The position numbers and the translations under genes are program-made. 64,000 nucleotides of DNA, taken from positions 12,642,328 to 12,706,327 of the forward strand of contig CAVNZM010000002.1 of the NCBI GenBank assembly GCA_963693365.1. Direction: 5' to 3'. Source of the stretch: Amoebidium appalachense. Taxonomy: Eukaryota; Protista; Ichthyosporea. Shown piece after piece: positions 25,642 through 57,781 of this stretch. The notes beneath the pieces were generated by a model, which was not told the DNA's origin, ran no database searches, and worked only from the letters and a program-made list of their open reading frames with translations. Each line of letters starts with the position of its first letter. The first letter of the stretch is position 1.

Positions 25642-25837
25642 TCTGCCCCCCCACCCCCCCACCCCCCACCCCCCACCCCCCCCCCTCCCCCCGCCCCTCG
25701 CCCGCCCCCCATTCCGCCGCCGCCTCTCCTCCTCCCCCCCCCCCTGTACCTCCCCCCCCCCCCCCCCCCCCCCCCCACCCCACCCCACCCCACCCCAAAC
25801 ACCTTTCATCCCTGATATTAACCAATTCGCAAGAAGT

Positions 25838-25868
<31 letters not shown>

Positions 25869-26594
25869 GGGGGGGAGGGAGAGGGGGGGAGAGGGGGGGG
25901 GGGGGGGTAACGTTCACGTGTTTGCCCCTTACTCTCCATATCCTTGACACCAGCTGTAAAAAGAACCTTCAATCTGTTTGTGAAAACATCATATCTCATA
26001 TAAATTCGTAGTACCATTCTATCTTCTAATCAGCAATGATTGAAACATAGGCCGTCAGATCGAAAGGAATGCCACGAGAGGGACCAAGGAGGGGGGGGGG
26101 GGGGAGGGGGGGGAGGCAGGGTGCATTTTTTTCGGTGGGGGGGGGGGGGGGGGAAGGGGGGGGAAGACGGGTGGGGGGGTGAGGGGGAGAGGGGGGGGGG
26201 GGGGGGGGGGGGGGGGGATGAAGGAAGAGCTGGTGAAGTGAGCTCGAGGGGAGGGGAAGAAGAGTAGGAAAAGAGGTACCCTTTTTTTGGGTTGTTTTTC
26301 AAACCCTCCTTCTCTCAGTTCATTTTTCTGAAGTTCTCCTCCCCGCCCCCCCCCCCCCCCCCCCCCCCCCCTATGTACCCCCTCCCCAGGGGGGACCCCC
26401 CCGGCCCTTTTGTTTCCTTTTGTCTTATTCGGGGGGAGAGGCCCGGGGAGGGGGGGTGAGGGGGGATGGGGGGGGGGGGGGGGGGGGAGGAGGGAAGAGG
26501 GGAGTGGGAGGGGAGAAGAGGGCTTTATTGTTGCATTACCTTTTCATTGTACGGTGTCTTAGTCTTCAAGACCGCAGGTACTAATGGGTACCGG

Positions 26595-26693
<99 letters not shown>

Positions 26694-27117
26694 TGCCTGT
26701 GTGTGTGTGCCTGCACGGTGTGTTTGACAATGTGTATGCGCGCGCGTGTGTGTGTGCATGTGCGTGTGCGTGTGCGTGTGTGCGCGCGTGCACGGGCGTG
26801 TGTGTTACTTGAAGAGGGCCGGGGAAGGAAGGGGCGGGGAGGGGGGGGCGGGGAGGGGGGGAGGGATGGGAGGGAGGAAGGATAGTTTGTGTCCACCTGA
26901 GACCTGTCCTCACTCGCAAAAGCCACATATACATTTCAAAACGGACCTTTCGCTTGTGAATCTCTTCTAAAATACGAAGATCACCTACATCACCACGCCA
27001 CCGGTACGCACACCACACGGTCATCGGTGGTGCCTGTACACACGCACAACCAGTCCCGGGAGGCCCCCCCCCCCCCCCCCCCCCCCCCCCGCTCTCTTTC
27101 TCTCTCAGGCTCCCCCC

Positions 27118-27148
<31 letters not shown>

Positions 27149-27749
27149 CCCCCCCCCCCCCTCTATCTCTCGCCCCCCCCCCTTCCCCTCCCCCCTCCCT
27201 CCCTCCCCTCTGGTAGTACGTATACCACCAGCCACCCATATGTTATACCAGGAATGATTGTTTTAATACAGGGCCATTCGAACAGCTGCTCCACTTTGGA
27301 TTCGCTTTTCGTCAGCTGCTAAGTCACATGCATTCATGAAGAGGGTCAATGCATTGAAATGGCGGGTCGCCATCTCGTTGTATGTGCTGTTAGCACGTGC
27401 AGCCATAACGTGTCTATAGCTACCAATGAGGATTTATCGGCCATCTGTAAGTGTGCGGCCAAAAATAGCCCATGGTACCACCCGGAGCTCCGAGCCAGGC
27501 TCGCCTTTTTTACCCTATATATGCATCTAGATGCGTTTATTTATAGCCATAAATTGGTGTTGAGGAGCCCCCATAATGGCACAGGTAACACGGCATTGCA
27601 ACACACCACAGTCCAGCCGTCCATATATGAGTCGTCCGGTATTAGTATGTACATGTATACGTACCGACATGCATTGTTATGTCTCCGCGGCGAGCATTCG
27701 TGTCAATCGATCGATTCAGATCTATTCAGATCTATTTGCTTTGTTTACA

Positions 27750-28765
27750 ATTCGTCGGTGCCGGCTCATCCAGTCAGATGTCGGCGTTTGCTGACGAATG
27801 AGCCAATCATAAATGTGATATCTGCTTTTCCAATCGGATGATCGAATACAATTACATATGTTCGGTTACTTGGAAACGAACTACGGTGAGACTCGCGTGA
27901 GTGGACACTTATGGCCTCTTCTGTGTTGATTGGAACACGTAAATGCTGCGGCCATAGAGAACGAATAACTAACAAGCAGGTTGTGAGTGATTGGGGAGTC
28001 TCATATTCGACCAGTCATGTCGAGGGCATCCCGGTAAAGTCCAGCTGCAATGAGTGGTCGTTGTAAACCTGCAGTTACACATGTGAGAGAGACAGCACTC
28101 CGAAAGGTAACTGGTAACCAAAGTCACAAACAGGAAAAGTACTGGTACCTGTTTATTTGGAGTATATTTCGGGGCTGTGTAAGTCATAAGTCATGCAGCA
28201 GTAAAGATTATATATGAGTGTTAGAACCGGCAAGAGACCAAGTAGTCACACACAGTAATTACTAGCCCTGTACTAATCTGTAATATGATTGGTCGGCTAG
28301 GGAGTTGTGTGATTGGTCAAGTAATCTTGTCCGGGTCGACCATCCGTATATAAACGCACGCATCGATCCTCTGAAATCCAGTTCAGAGTGAACCCCGTTT
28401 ACACTCATACACATACATTTTACACTGAAGTGTCCGTGAGGATACTTTACATGCATATACTGGATACTATCAGCCGTCGACTACTAAGTTACGCACGGCT
28501 TTTGACTATTGAGCATGCAAAGATAAAAAGGAAAAAAAGGTTATGGCCTCATTCAGCCTTGCTTTGCTCTCCTCCGGCTCAGAGCAGTTGCTCAGAGCTT
28601 TTTGCTTTAAATTTCCGAACAAATTTGCCCTCCTTGGAAGGATCTGGAGATCTGGATAGAAAGTATTTGATTGGTTTCTTACCAGCAAAGATCTTTGTGT
28701 CGATTGGATAGTCTATAGTCGCTAAGGCTTGATTGGTTGCCTGGTCTGAATGTCATGTGACGTCA
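27750..28765. promoter_or_regulatory. CCAAT-box-rich, repeat-poor promoter region with a CRE-like TGACGTCA, upstream of the Agd3-like gene
   Basis: At least eight CCAAT/ATTGG motifs (~27803, 27831, 27928, 27990, 28288, 28312, 28670, 28732) and TGACGTCA at ~28758. Confidence 0.35.
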
Positions 28766-29666
28766 GAGATATGATCAGGGCTCAGAAGCCAGCTTAGTAA
28801 GTAGACATTGCTCTGTCATATTAAAAAAAAAAAGAAAAATAAATTGAAAAAAAATAATTAAAAAACGACTGATCAATTTGAATTCCAAAGAAAAATCCTC
28901 CATTTTTCTGCTTGTGATGAATTTGTACATTTGAACTTTGGCTAGTGCTTCCGAACTTCGCCATGACCCTCCAGATATGTCATCTATGTTCTGTGTTCAC
29001 ACGGGTGCCCAACTTGATTGGTGGACTGAAGCGGCCCAGAATAGATCCGCAGTCGTGTGCCCAATACGAGACTTATATGCTGCCCCCTCCTGCCCTTCCC
29101 CCTTATTATCACCCACCTTTTTAGACTCAGCAACAGTTGGTTTCCCCATATACCACTGCTCAGAAAGTGTTCGCATATTTGCTAGGCACTATGCATATGC
29201 ATACTACTATGCTTATTGGAAACTGGGGAGTCAGCCAAAAGCTTTTTTTTGTAGTGAGCAAACGTATACGTAGGCTCATAATTTTAAACACCACACGCAA
29301 GAGCGTAAGGCGAATGGTATGTTTGCGTTTCTTCTTTCCTAGGCATTGAGCTGCATGTCATTGTTTTCTTTTGGCTCTCTGCTCAGTCATTCAGTCCCAG
29401 CAGACGCATTTCCAGTGACGTGTGCATGTGCGCGTGTGGCAAAATTTTCATTGCCCAAACCCACATAGCATCTACATCAAACTGAACAAGTCCCACTTGA
29501 ACTAGTTTGCTCTTCACTTCATCACCCACTCTCTTCTTTCCCCTTTTACCTTAGACATGCACCTGTTTCTGGGTGTTTAAATCACGCACACAGCCACACA
29601 CGCACACACACACACCGTGCACACACACACCCCCTCACACACACACATTGCACAACTACAGGCACA

Positions 29667-36876
<7,210 letters not shown>

Positions 36877-37819
36877 GTGGGTGGGCGTGGTACCCAGTTT
36901 ACGGTGTGTGCTTGTGGGATAAAAGGAGAGGGAGAGTGGTTGCTGTGTGGGGATGTGGGTGTGTGGATTTGCACATGGGGTAACTCGATCATGTGTCATT
37001 TCTAGCGTGCTAGACTTGAGTGTTGACTGGCTAAGCCCTAGCTCAGGAGGAATTTTAGGTAGACGTTCTATCTGTTAACATGAAACTGTAGCTTAGGTTG
37101 GTGCGTGTATAATGGGATTGATGTGTTTGATGCACAAGGCCCAGTTGGTTTGCTTAACTGTGAGATTAATATTTCCAAAATCCGATATATTTACTTGCTT
37201 TTACTTGATGGGTTGCTGTATTCAGTTTGCTTTACATGTACAGAGCGTGTTTATATTCCAATCTATTCAGTTGCTCTGTACAGGATTGCTATATTTCTGT
37301 GTAGGTAGCGTGATCTGTACATACTTTGCTTTCGTGCTCAAAAAACTTAGTTTGGTCTGGTCTGTATGGTGCTTGCATATTCCAATCATTCGGGTCCTGT
37401 TGATTCCATACAGTTTCGAGTCCATAATGTTTAGTTGCCGTTTTAGGGATGTGATCTTTAACTGCCCCTGGAATATTGTCAATCCCATTGTTTGGAAATA
37501 CCTTTCCTAGATCCCCGTTTCTGATTGGACGTGCTGGTGCTGTGCATCATGCGGGCTCTGCGGCTGAGCCAATAGAAATCCCAAGGGCTAATGTAGCCCC
37601 ATTTCAAAATCGAGCCTGCGCATGGGCTTACAGGCGAACGTTTCCGATATGTTTTTGGTTGTTGAGCCTTTGTCTGAGACACGTGTGGGCGTGCAAACGT
37701 TTTTTGTTACTACTAAATGTACAAAGAGTGGATGCATCCGTGTTTTATGTGTGTTATAGGACGCTTGTAAGCATGTTCTGATAGCCTGCATTCGCTTCGT
37801 GCTTGCTGTTCTGTGCCCC

Positions 37820-37862
<43 letters not shown>

Positions 37863-38052
37863 GTGCGTGTGTGTGTGTGCGCGCGCACGCGCGCGTGTGT
37901 GTGTGTGCGCGCGCAGGCGCGTGTGCATGCGTGCACATTCGCGCGCACACACGTTTTGTGTGTTTGGGCGTGTGCTGTGTGTGTGTAGGGGGGCGTGCGC
38001 ATGTGTGTGTGCTTTGTGCGCGCGTGCGCACTACACGGTGTGTGTGTGTGTG

Positions 38053-38154
<102 letters not shown>

Positions 38155-39120
38155 GCGCGCGCACGCACGGGCACTCGCGATGATGTGTGTGCTTGGTACA
38201 TACATACGTAGGTATCATAGTAAATGTGGGCATGCCGGCACTAGCGAGCAGCATACACGGTGCTATGCCTGTCAGTGAGCGTGGCACCACCCGTCATAAG
38301 CTATGTACCGTAACGGCCCTGTGTCTGTGTACTACTATGAGCGCCCTTACAGCTCACAAGCGGCGATGGTGTCTTTATGAAAATTGCACAATCTTCTTGC
38401 ACCATGAGTACGTTGGTGTATGCAACTGTTACACACCGTGTGTATAAGAGTATGTGTGGTGTGTGTGCACGTGTGTGTGCAACAGTTGCCTGGTTGAAGC
38501 TATGCATTATGACACACGTGACATTAATAATAGAAATTTCAAAATTTAACCCTCGTACAGTGCAGCTGTATGTACTTAGGAGTAGTTATGTCCCGAGGAT
38601 CCCGAAGTAACTCACTGGGACATGTACATGCAAATAGCAAGGTATGTTTTTAGGCCTGGCCTGACTCAAGTTCACCTTGTATCGAGAGTGTAACGATTAT
38701 GTACCCATATATAGATTACACACCTTGTGTGGCGATTGCCTAAAGTAGATAACTACCATATATGGGCAAAACCAAGTTTCCGCTAGCCGGACACCGGGAG
38801 AAAACCCCCCATAGCTTCGGCAACGTTAGTGTAAATGCACGTACTTTCGAAGTCATTTGTGTGTCCTGCCGGCTATTAGCTATACGGACATAGACCTTAC
38901 ATCTAAGTTAACCGAGAGTTTTATTGTGACTTGGTTGATACAGCACCCCCGACGTTGACATATTAGTCTATCCATGCATATCCGGTTGACCTAGAATTGC
39001 CATATGTAGATGGGATTTTTAGACTAGGTCTCAGGTCATTGTTGTGTCTTCCTGCCAAGAGGAAACTTTGAAGCTACAAGCCTCGTTTATTCTTAACAAC
39101 TTTCAAAAGATTATAATTAA

Positions 39121-40169
39121 TTAAGCGATGATCACTGCTGAATTTTCGCCGTTAACCAACACCGTAACGGTAGAGTTCACATTTTCGCTCCCAACATTCA
39201 TTTTGACAAGGCGGAAGTTATAATAGCTTGCACCGCCGTTCCAGTAGACCGTGTTTACCATAGCCAAATAGAGGTAAAAAAGAACTATGAAGATGTACAA
39301 CAATACGTTGGATACCATTGGCAAGAAAGCAGCCAAAAACATAAGGGCAAAAAGAGCCAAGTACACGATGGCGCACATGAAACCCAGCATGAGCCAAAAC
39401 ATAAATGTGCGGAAATTCTTGTTTTTCGTGGTCCAGTAGGACCTCTTCATGGCTTCAGTCGGTCCGAGTCCCTCCAGAACGACCGCCGCAGGCCCAGCAG
39501 ATAGAAGGCAACCGATAACGATGCCGGGCACAATGAAAAAACACAAACCAATTAGGATGAGAAAAGACGACAAAAGGTTGTAAACACCGAGGCGAAGAAC
39601 AGTCCTCATATCCGAAAATCCTCCGCAAAGCATGTTGCCAAGCCGGTTACCCCCCTCATACTTAAACTTGTCGACATGTTCGAACGGGAGTTTCCTGTCC
39701 TCGCAGAATTTTGCATAGCGTGCCGTCATAGAACGGATAGCCGCGCGCTGGAAGAATGGGTGCACAAAAACCACAACGACGAGAGAAAATGCGACCGAGA
39801 CACCCAAAACACCGAAAAACTGCGCCAGAGGCTGCCCGTAGTGCAGTTTGTAGCCCATGGCTGTCGTTTCTTGGGTACCATCATCGTAATAATGTTCGAA
39901 GGTGGGATCGGGCATCGTGGCCTTGATAACGAGGAAAAGAATAATTCCAAACGCCACATCCAACCGTAGAGTATGGCCCCCACCAGGACCATGAGCAGAA
40001 AGGACCCCAATGAAAAAGCGTTTGAGAAGGCCTCGGTGGCAGCATGTGTCATTTTCGGTCTGTTTAAAGGGTTTGCGGGTTTTGGTTTTCCATTTTCCCC
40101 CTCCGTCACGGTTGATGATGGGGAGAAGGGTGGGTGGTTGGACTTGTCGGGTGCCGGTGTGGATGCCAT
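39121..40169 (-). CDS. Intronless multi-pass membrane protein resembling YciC/GDPD-membrane-domain-type proteins; one frameshift at ~39961-39966
   Basis: About six hydrophobic helices and the motif GLCFFIVPGIVIGCLLSAGPAAVVLEGLGPTEAMKRSYWTTK. The N-terminal ORF (MASTPAP...GAILYG) joins LDVAFGII... if one base is added. Confidence 0.7.
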
Positions 40170-41910
40170 TTCAAGTAAAGTCACGAGCTCAAGTCACGTC
40201 AAGCCAATAATATGAATATGGAATAAGGCTGTGAGCATGCGTGCTAGCACGAATGGTACAGTACCTAGCAAATCCAAATTCAAATGATCAAACCTATATT
40301 GGTCTTTGTGCTGCCTTGTTTAGAGTGACCCGTGCGTGTGAAGCTAATTATAAATAGGTAATGTTGAAGCTCTGTGTGGTATGTGACTGACGTGTGGTGA
40401 CACCTTTGGTGGAAGCCGCTGCTTAGCCGAGCTTAGCCGCAGCATGAGACGCAGCATGTGCATTGTTCGCGATGTCACAAGTACACAAGGTTGATCAGGG
40501 GGGATTGCCAGTATGTACCCGGCATGCATGCTGGGTGGTGCACTCTAGACATATGGGGCCTGCTTTTTTTTTTTTTTTTTTCCAGGACAGGACATAATTG
40601 TAGCAGCATCGATGATGTATATGTAATTATACATAAAACGCACATTTATATATGCATCTGTATTCTGAACTTGAATGCAGCCGTTTGAACAAGACTGAAG
40701 CACGGCAGATGGCTGAAGCTTAGACCAGCTAATTGCATAATCACCAGCACGGCGTCACGCTGGCGTCCCGGGAGTCCATATATCTCCAAACACTCCTTTG
40801 AAGTGTAAACAAACCATTCACGGTAACTTAAAAGAAAAACCTCTGCCGTAAAAATTAGAGATGTAAGCATTACTTATTCCTAAAATAGTTACCGGAAATA
40901 CTCCATAACAATGCACTTTGATATTTGTTTCATTTTTTGTAGTCATATGCTACGTACACCATGACCATATACTAGAACAAGTTACTTAAAAAATAGTGAA
41001 AAATGAAAAGTGTCTAACTTGCAAGTAGTTTTGGGAGATATTGGGGGGTGCGGATACATCCAATGGTTGCTTTGTAAAATGACGATTGGTCAAAGACGCA
41101 TTACCTACGGTCAGATGTGAGCGGACTCGGACCGTCCACCACTGTGCTCATTATACTTTTGTTCTCAAAAGCCACAAATAAATGCATACAAAATGTAAAA
41201 GCCAGGCTATTCCCACTCTTTTAGGCCTCTCATGCTTCTAGATACGTATGGCGGCTACTGGGCCAAGTGGCCATGGGCTTCCGAATCAGGCAGGCCACAA
41301 AGCTTTGGAATGCGATTAGCCGATTGTGATTTGCGATGCAAGGTGATAAGTCCACATTTACGCAAAAAAAAGAAAAGATTGTGAGCCTTCAACTGGAAGA
41401 TTCAAGTTTTCAAGGCTTTTCGGCTCGACATTTCTAAAGGAGAGTTTCGGTTTTGATAGAGGCGGGCCCGGAGAGCGGGTAGCAGAACTTTTTAAAACGT
41501 GCAAGCTTGCTGGAGATTCCTGCTTTCTTCCTTCTTCCTTCTTTACTCTCTTAATTTCTTACTTCCTTTGTCTTACCTCAACCCCCCCCCCCCCCCCCCT
41601 CCCTCCCTCCCTCCCTCCCCCCCCCCCCCCCCCCCCCCCCCCCCCTGCGCTCCCCCGCCACCGCCCAATCCACCATAATTCACACGTACAAACACGCATC
41701 AACACTCTCCAGACCTGGTAAAGCAACTACGAATACGTCGTAAAGTCGCACTATAACAAAGTGTTTTGTCATCAGCAGAAAAATCACCATCGTTACCATT
41801 TACTCGACACCACAGGGAGAGCAAAAGGCCACCTTCATAAAAATTCCTGTATTCCCTTCCCCCGTTCTTTTTTTTGAAGCCCCGTACAGGGGCATCAAGC
41901 ACGCGAGAAA

Positions 41911-53191
<11,281 letters not shown>

Positions 53192-53887
53192 TAAATGGGT
53201 GGTGGGTGGGTGTGCGTGTGCGTGCATGTGTATGTGTGTGTGTGTTTTTTTTGTTTTTTGTTTTTTTTTTGGGGGGGGGGGGGGGGATGGAAATGGTTGT
53301 GTGTGTGTGTGTGTGTGCGGGTGTGAATATGTTGTGTGTGGGTTTGTGGGGATGTGGCAAATAGACCTTATGGGTTGGGTTTGTTTGTTTGTTTTTTTTT
53401 TGTTTTTTTGTTTTTTTTTGTGGTGGTGGGGGGGGGGGGGGGGGGGGGGTATGTCCTTTAAAAGAAAGCAAGTGTATATAATACGTAAAATCACGTCTCT
53501 TCCATAATATTTCAGAGAAAGCAAGAAAAGGGGTCCAATAACATGTACACGCTTTTGGGGTGCCAAATTATATTTTGTACCCAATCACACATGTAAGAAC
53601 GATGTCCAACAGCTCGTATCAATAATATATTATATAGCTGTTGTATGTTTTGTTTCCACCAGAGATCTTGATACAACTCCTGGATTTTACTGCAGGGTTG
53701 AATCGACTACCATGTATATGATTCAATATATAGTTTGTAGACAAGGGGCTACTCGATAAATGGTACACCGTGTTACCGAATAAATATGGCCAGTGCATGG
53801 TTACACCCCCCCGCCCCCCCCCCCCCCCCCCCCACCCCCCTCCCCCCTCTTCCCCCCCCTCCCCCCCCCCCCCACGCCCCCCGTGTG

Positions 53888-53979
<92 letters not shown>

Positions 53980-54124
53980 GTCACACACACACACACACCG
54001 TGGCACACACACACATTTACACACACACACAGCCACCCACCGTGCACACACCTGCAGCTGCCCGGCTCTTGGTGCCGTCTTCGCGCAACAAGAGCACATG
54101 AATCACTCCTCTAATAGATAGATC

Positions 54125-54189
<65 letters not shown>

Positions 54190-55516
54190 GGGAACCATGC
54201 CCGCCCAGATCTCCGAGTCCTCTCGGGTGACATACGTACACACACACTACCACATGTGTACACACATCGGCTGGAACCCTTTAAAAAAATTTCAGCACCA
54301 CGAAAACCCTGAGATTGTTGTAGGGGATAGAGAAGCCACAAAAGGAGCTGTCAGCTTTTCACAATTGGGGTGTAAAAAAAATCCACCCCTCGAGAGCTCT
54401 ACTCCGGCAGACCTGGAAGCGTCTAGACCGCGCCGCAACAGAGTGACTTGAGCGAACGATATCGAATGCAGGGACGATAGAACTAAATTACGATCTGGCT
54501 TAAGGGACCTTAGGGGTTTACACACTTTTTATTGCGTGGACAATGCCGGAGGCCCAGCCACATTCGACGGCCTACTGCGTTTTCCAGGACCTTAACCGAG
54601 TGTGGATCGTCTTGATTCAACACGCTTCTGCCTCTTTGAAAGGCTGGCAGTCTCCCTGACTTGAGTGCTTCTAAGCGCTCTTTATGATTTTGTCTCGGTC
54701 ATTTCTGGGCTTCTCCGCACACAGCAAGCAAAGCTAGAGGTAAAGCCCTTTTTTCGTGCGAGGCCCCGCCCTCTTTCAAGTTGTTTCTCGTTTCGCCCGT
54801 GTTGCCACTCCGTGATCGATCACAGGGGTTCACCGTCTTGAAGCGGATTGGGTAAAAGGAGGGAAGCGCAGGTGTACGACACAAAGGAATGTGCAACTTC
54901 GGCGGTGTTTGCCAGATATCTCACTTGCGCGCTTTATTAGTTGTACTTATTGCCCGACTACCAGAATCTTGGCATAAACGGGCGGCCGCTGGCCTTATAT
55001 AGTCCAGAGGGCCAAGCCTACGTCATGAGTTAAACATGATCAAAGAATACATCGGAAGAGTCGGGGAAATAAATAACACTGATAAGACACTGACTAGATG
55101 CTCGATCGACTGATAATCTCTTGGCTATCTATGTATGGAAGGTTTCCTGAATATATCTAAACAATTACACGCTCAATCTGGGGTGACAGGTTTATTACGC
55201 TGTCAGTTACCAAATAAGGCTATTCCAATCTCTAATACCATTGGAGTAAAACGCATCCTAAAACTAACCATATTGAGTATAAATTGCTCTAATACCATTG
55301 GTTGTTATTTGTCATACATGACACTCCGAATTCCCATTCCGTTTCGATTGGTTAACCGCGCACCCACATAAACCCATATTTGGCTTATCTGATGCGTTAG
55401 ACGGACACGATTGGTGTACCTTGGCGCCATTTTTCAAAAAGTCCTGCTCCGAGTTGGATCATGAGCCTAAGTTGGGGCAAAAAGTGATCCCTGTCCTCTA
55501 AGGACAGAAAGCAAGT

Positions 55517-56475
55517 ATGTCAAAAGTAATTTCTGCTCTTCGTGGTAACTGACCTGTAAACATGTGAGTGCAGTGTAAAAAGTGTAGATCTAACCAAACG
55601 TCGACCAGAGGAGAACGGGCTTTTAGGACACGAAAACGAAAGAATATACAGCCATTTTCATCTGTAAATCTACTGCGCCCATCTCTTTTTTCAAGTGCAC
55701 AGTTGCCATTTATCTCCATTTATTTTGCCTTTGCATTCTTTTTCTTCTAAACTACCTTAATTTACTACAGCTAAAAGAGAAACCCTTACCCGACTAATAC
55801 ACCGGCGACTGCAGTTGCAGTCTGCCAGGCTTTCCAACATGGTTTTTTCACTTCTAGGGCTGCCCATCAGTGGTGCTCCTAAAGACCCATCTGTCTTACT
55901 AAGAGACCAGTTCCCCCACCCTACCAACCATATAAAGCAGCTCGACGCTTCACTAGAACCGATGGAAAAGGAAACACTGCCTTCAATTCATCCCCTGCCT
56001 CTACTCCCTCTACCGAATTCACAGCAACAGTTCGATATGAGCGCTCTGGATGGCTCTATCAACGATGCAAACGACGAGCTTAGAGCCACCAACTCGCTTT
56101 TTCTTCTGGAAAGCCCACACATAGTTATTCCCAAAGGACTTGTTGATTATAGGGATGAGAACGGAAAGATGAGAAAGGTGGGTGAACACATGTTGACATG
56201 TGCCCCTACATAGCTCCTCCTCTTGTATGGCATTGTCTCGGTTTCTGGATGGCTACTTGGCTATTAACAGGTGAAGAAAACCGTTGGTGAAAAACCTTCT
56301 GAATACTGCTTAGCAATGTTAATTTCGGGACTCCTCTCTATTTCCACTATTTTCCTGTGTGTAGTTGTAACATTTCCACAAACTCAGGCTCTAAGTTTAC
56401 TATCTTTGAAACCATCGGAGATCTTAGCATATATTATGCTTGTTATCACCCAGAAAATCTGCTCCATCCCCCCCC

Positions 56476-56507
<32 letters not shown>

Positions 56508-57231
56508 TTCCCCCCCCCCCCCCCCCCCCCCCCCCCCGCCCCAACTCCCAATATCCATGTGCTGTGCTCCCCCTCATCCCTCCCCCCTTCCCCCCCTCCA
56601 CTCACACGCACTCACACACACACGGCAAAAAAAGGAGACACAAAAAACTCTCCTCTCCTGGACTATACTCTTCTTGCCTTTGTTTCATGCATCAAGGGTG
56701 CACATAGATGTTATCTTCTTGAGTCTTGGCGTGAAAAGAGAAACCCACTTTAAAATCTCATGTCAAACACCTTAGCAATACCATATCACAAAAAAATTCA
56801 GGTTCCAAACCCTCGTTCCGTTCTCTTCTGTTAGCCAGCAACCGTATGTTCGTTTTCTGCCTTCTTTACGTAACCCAAGTCCAGCCTGGTATCCTTGCCA
56901 AAAACGACCTTTATTAACCTCGTTATGCAGCTGCTGGAAGCTAGCTGTAGCTATGTTGCTCTCAGCCCAACATTTGATTTGCAGTTCTATTCAGTGTTCG
57001 TTTATCCTCCTTTTAATGCAGCTGCTGCATTGTGAGACATTCAACATATCCAGAGGGAAAAGGGGGAAGAGGGGGAATAGTCTACGGAGGTAGAGAAGAG
57101 AAATGGCCAGAATTCAACGTGGAATTTTAAAGTCTGGTGCATTATTTTTTATGTGTTGGTTTTCTGTATACGCCTTCCCTCATCCCTTCCCCTCCATTCC
57201 CCACACTCAACACAGACCCAACACACACACT

Positions 57232-57272
<41 letters not shown>

Positions 57273-57317
57273 AGAGAGAGACACAGACACCCACCAACAC
57301 ACATAGACACAGACACC

Positions 57318-57375
<58 letters not shown>

Positions 57376-57423
57376 GACACAGACACCCACCAACACACAT
57401 AGACACAGACACCCACCCATTCA

Positions 57424-57455
<32 letters not shown>

Positions 57456-57742
57456 CCACCCACCCAACACACACACACTCAAAACAACACACACATAACC
57501 CACAGGGTGTTCTCATGCCGCACCTGAGCACCTTTCAGCCCATCGACGACTACCTCCGCTCCACCTTCCACCGCCACCAACGCGAAGGTAAATCCGCCCA
57601 CGAATCTCGCAGTCTCGTGCGCAGGGAAATGTGGCGCCTCCTTCACCAGGCAGCTGACACCCTCTCCGACATGCACGACCTTTGCACCGTCCACTTCGAC
57701 CTCAACGTTTCCAGCCTTCTCGTCTCCACACTCGACGAAAAT

Positions 57743-57781
<39 letters not shown>

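Noticed and set aside
54190-55010. Unique, moderately GC-rich block with short ORFs (possible element or RNA gene)
   Set aside because: No tRNA boxes, terminal repeats, second copy or recognisable protein motif.
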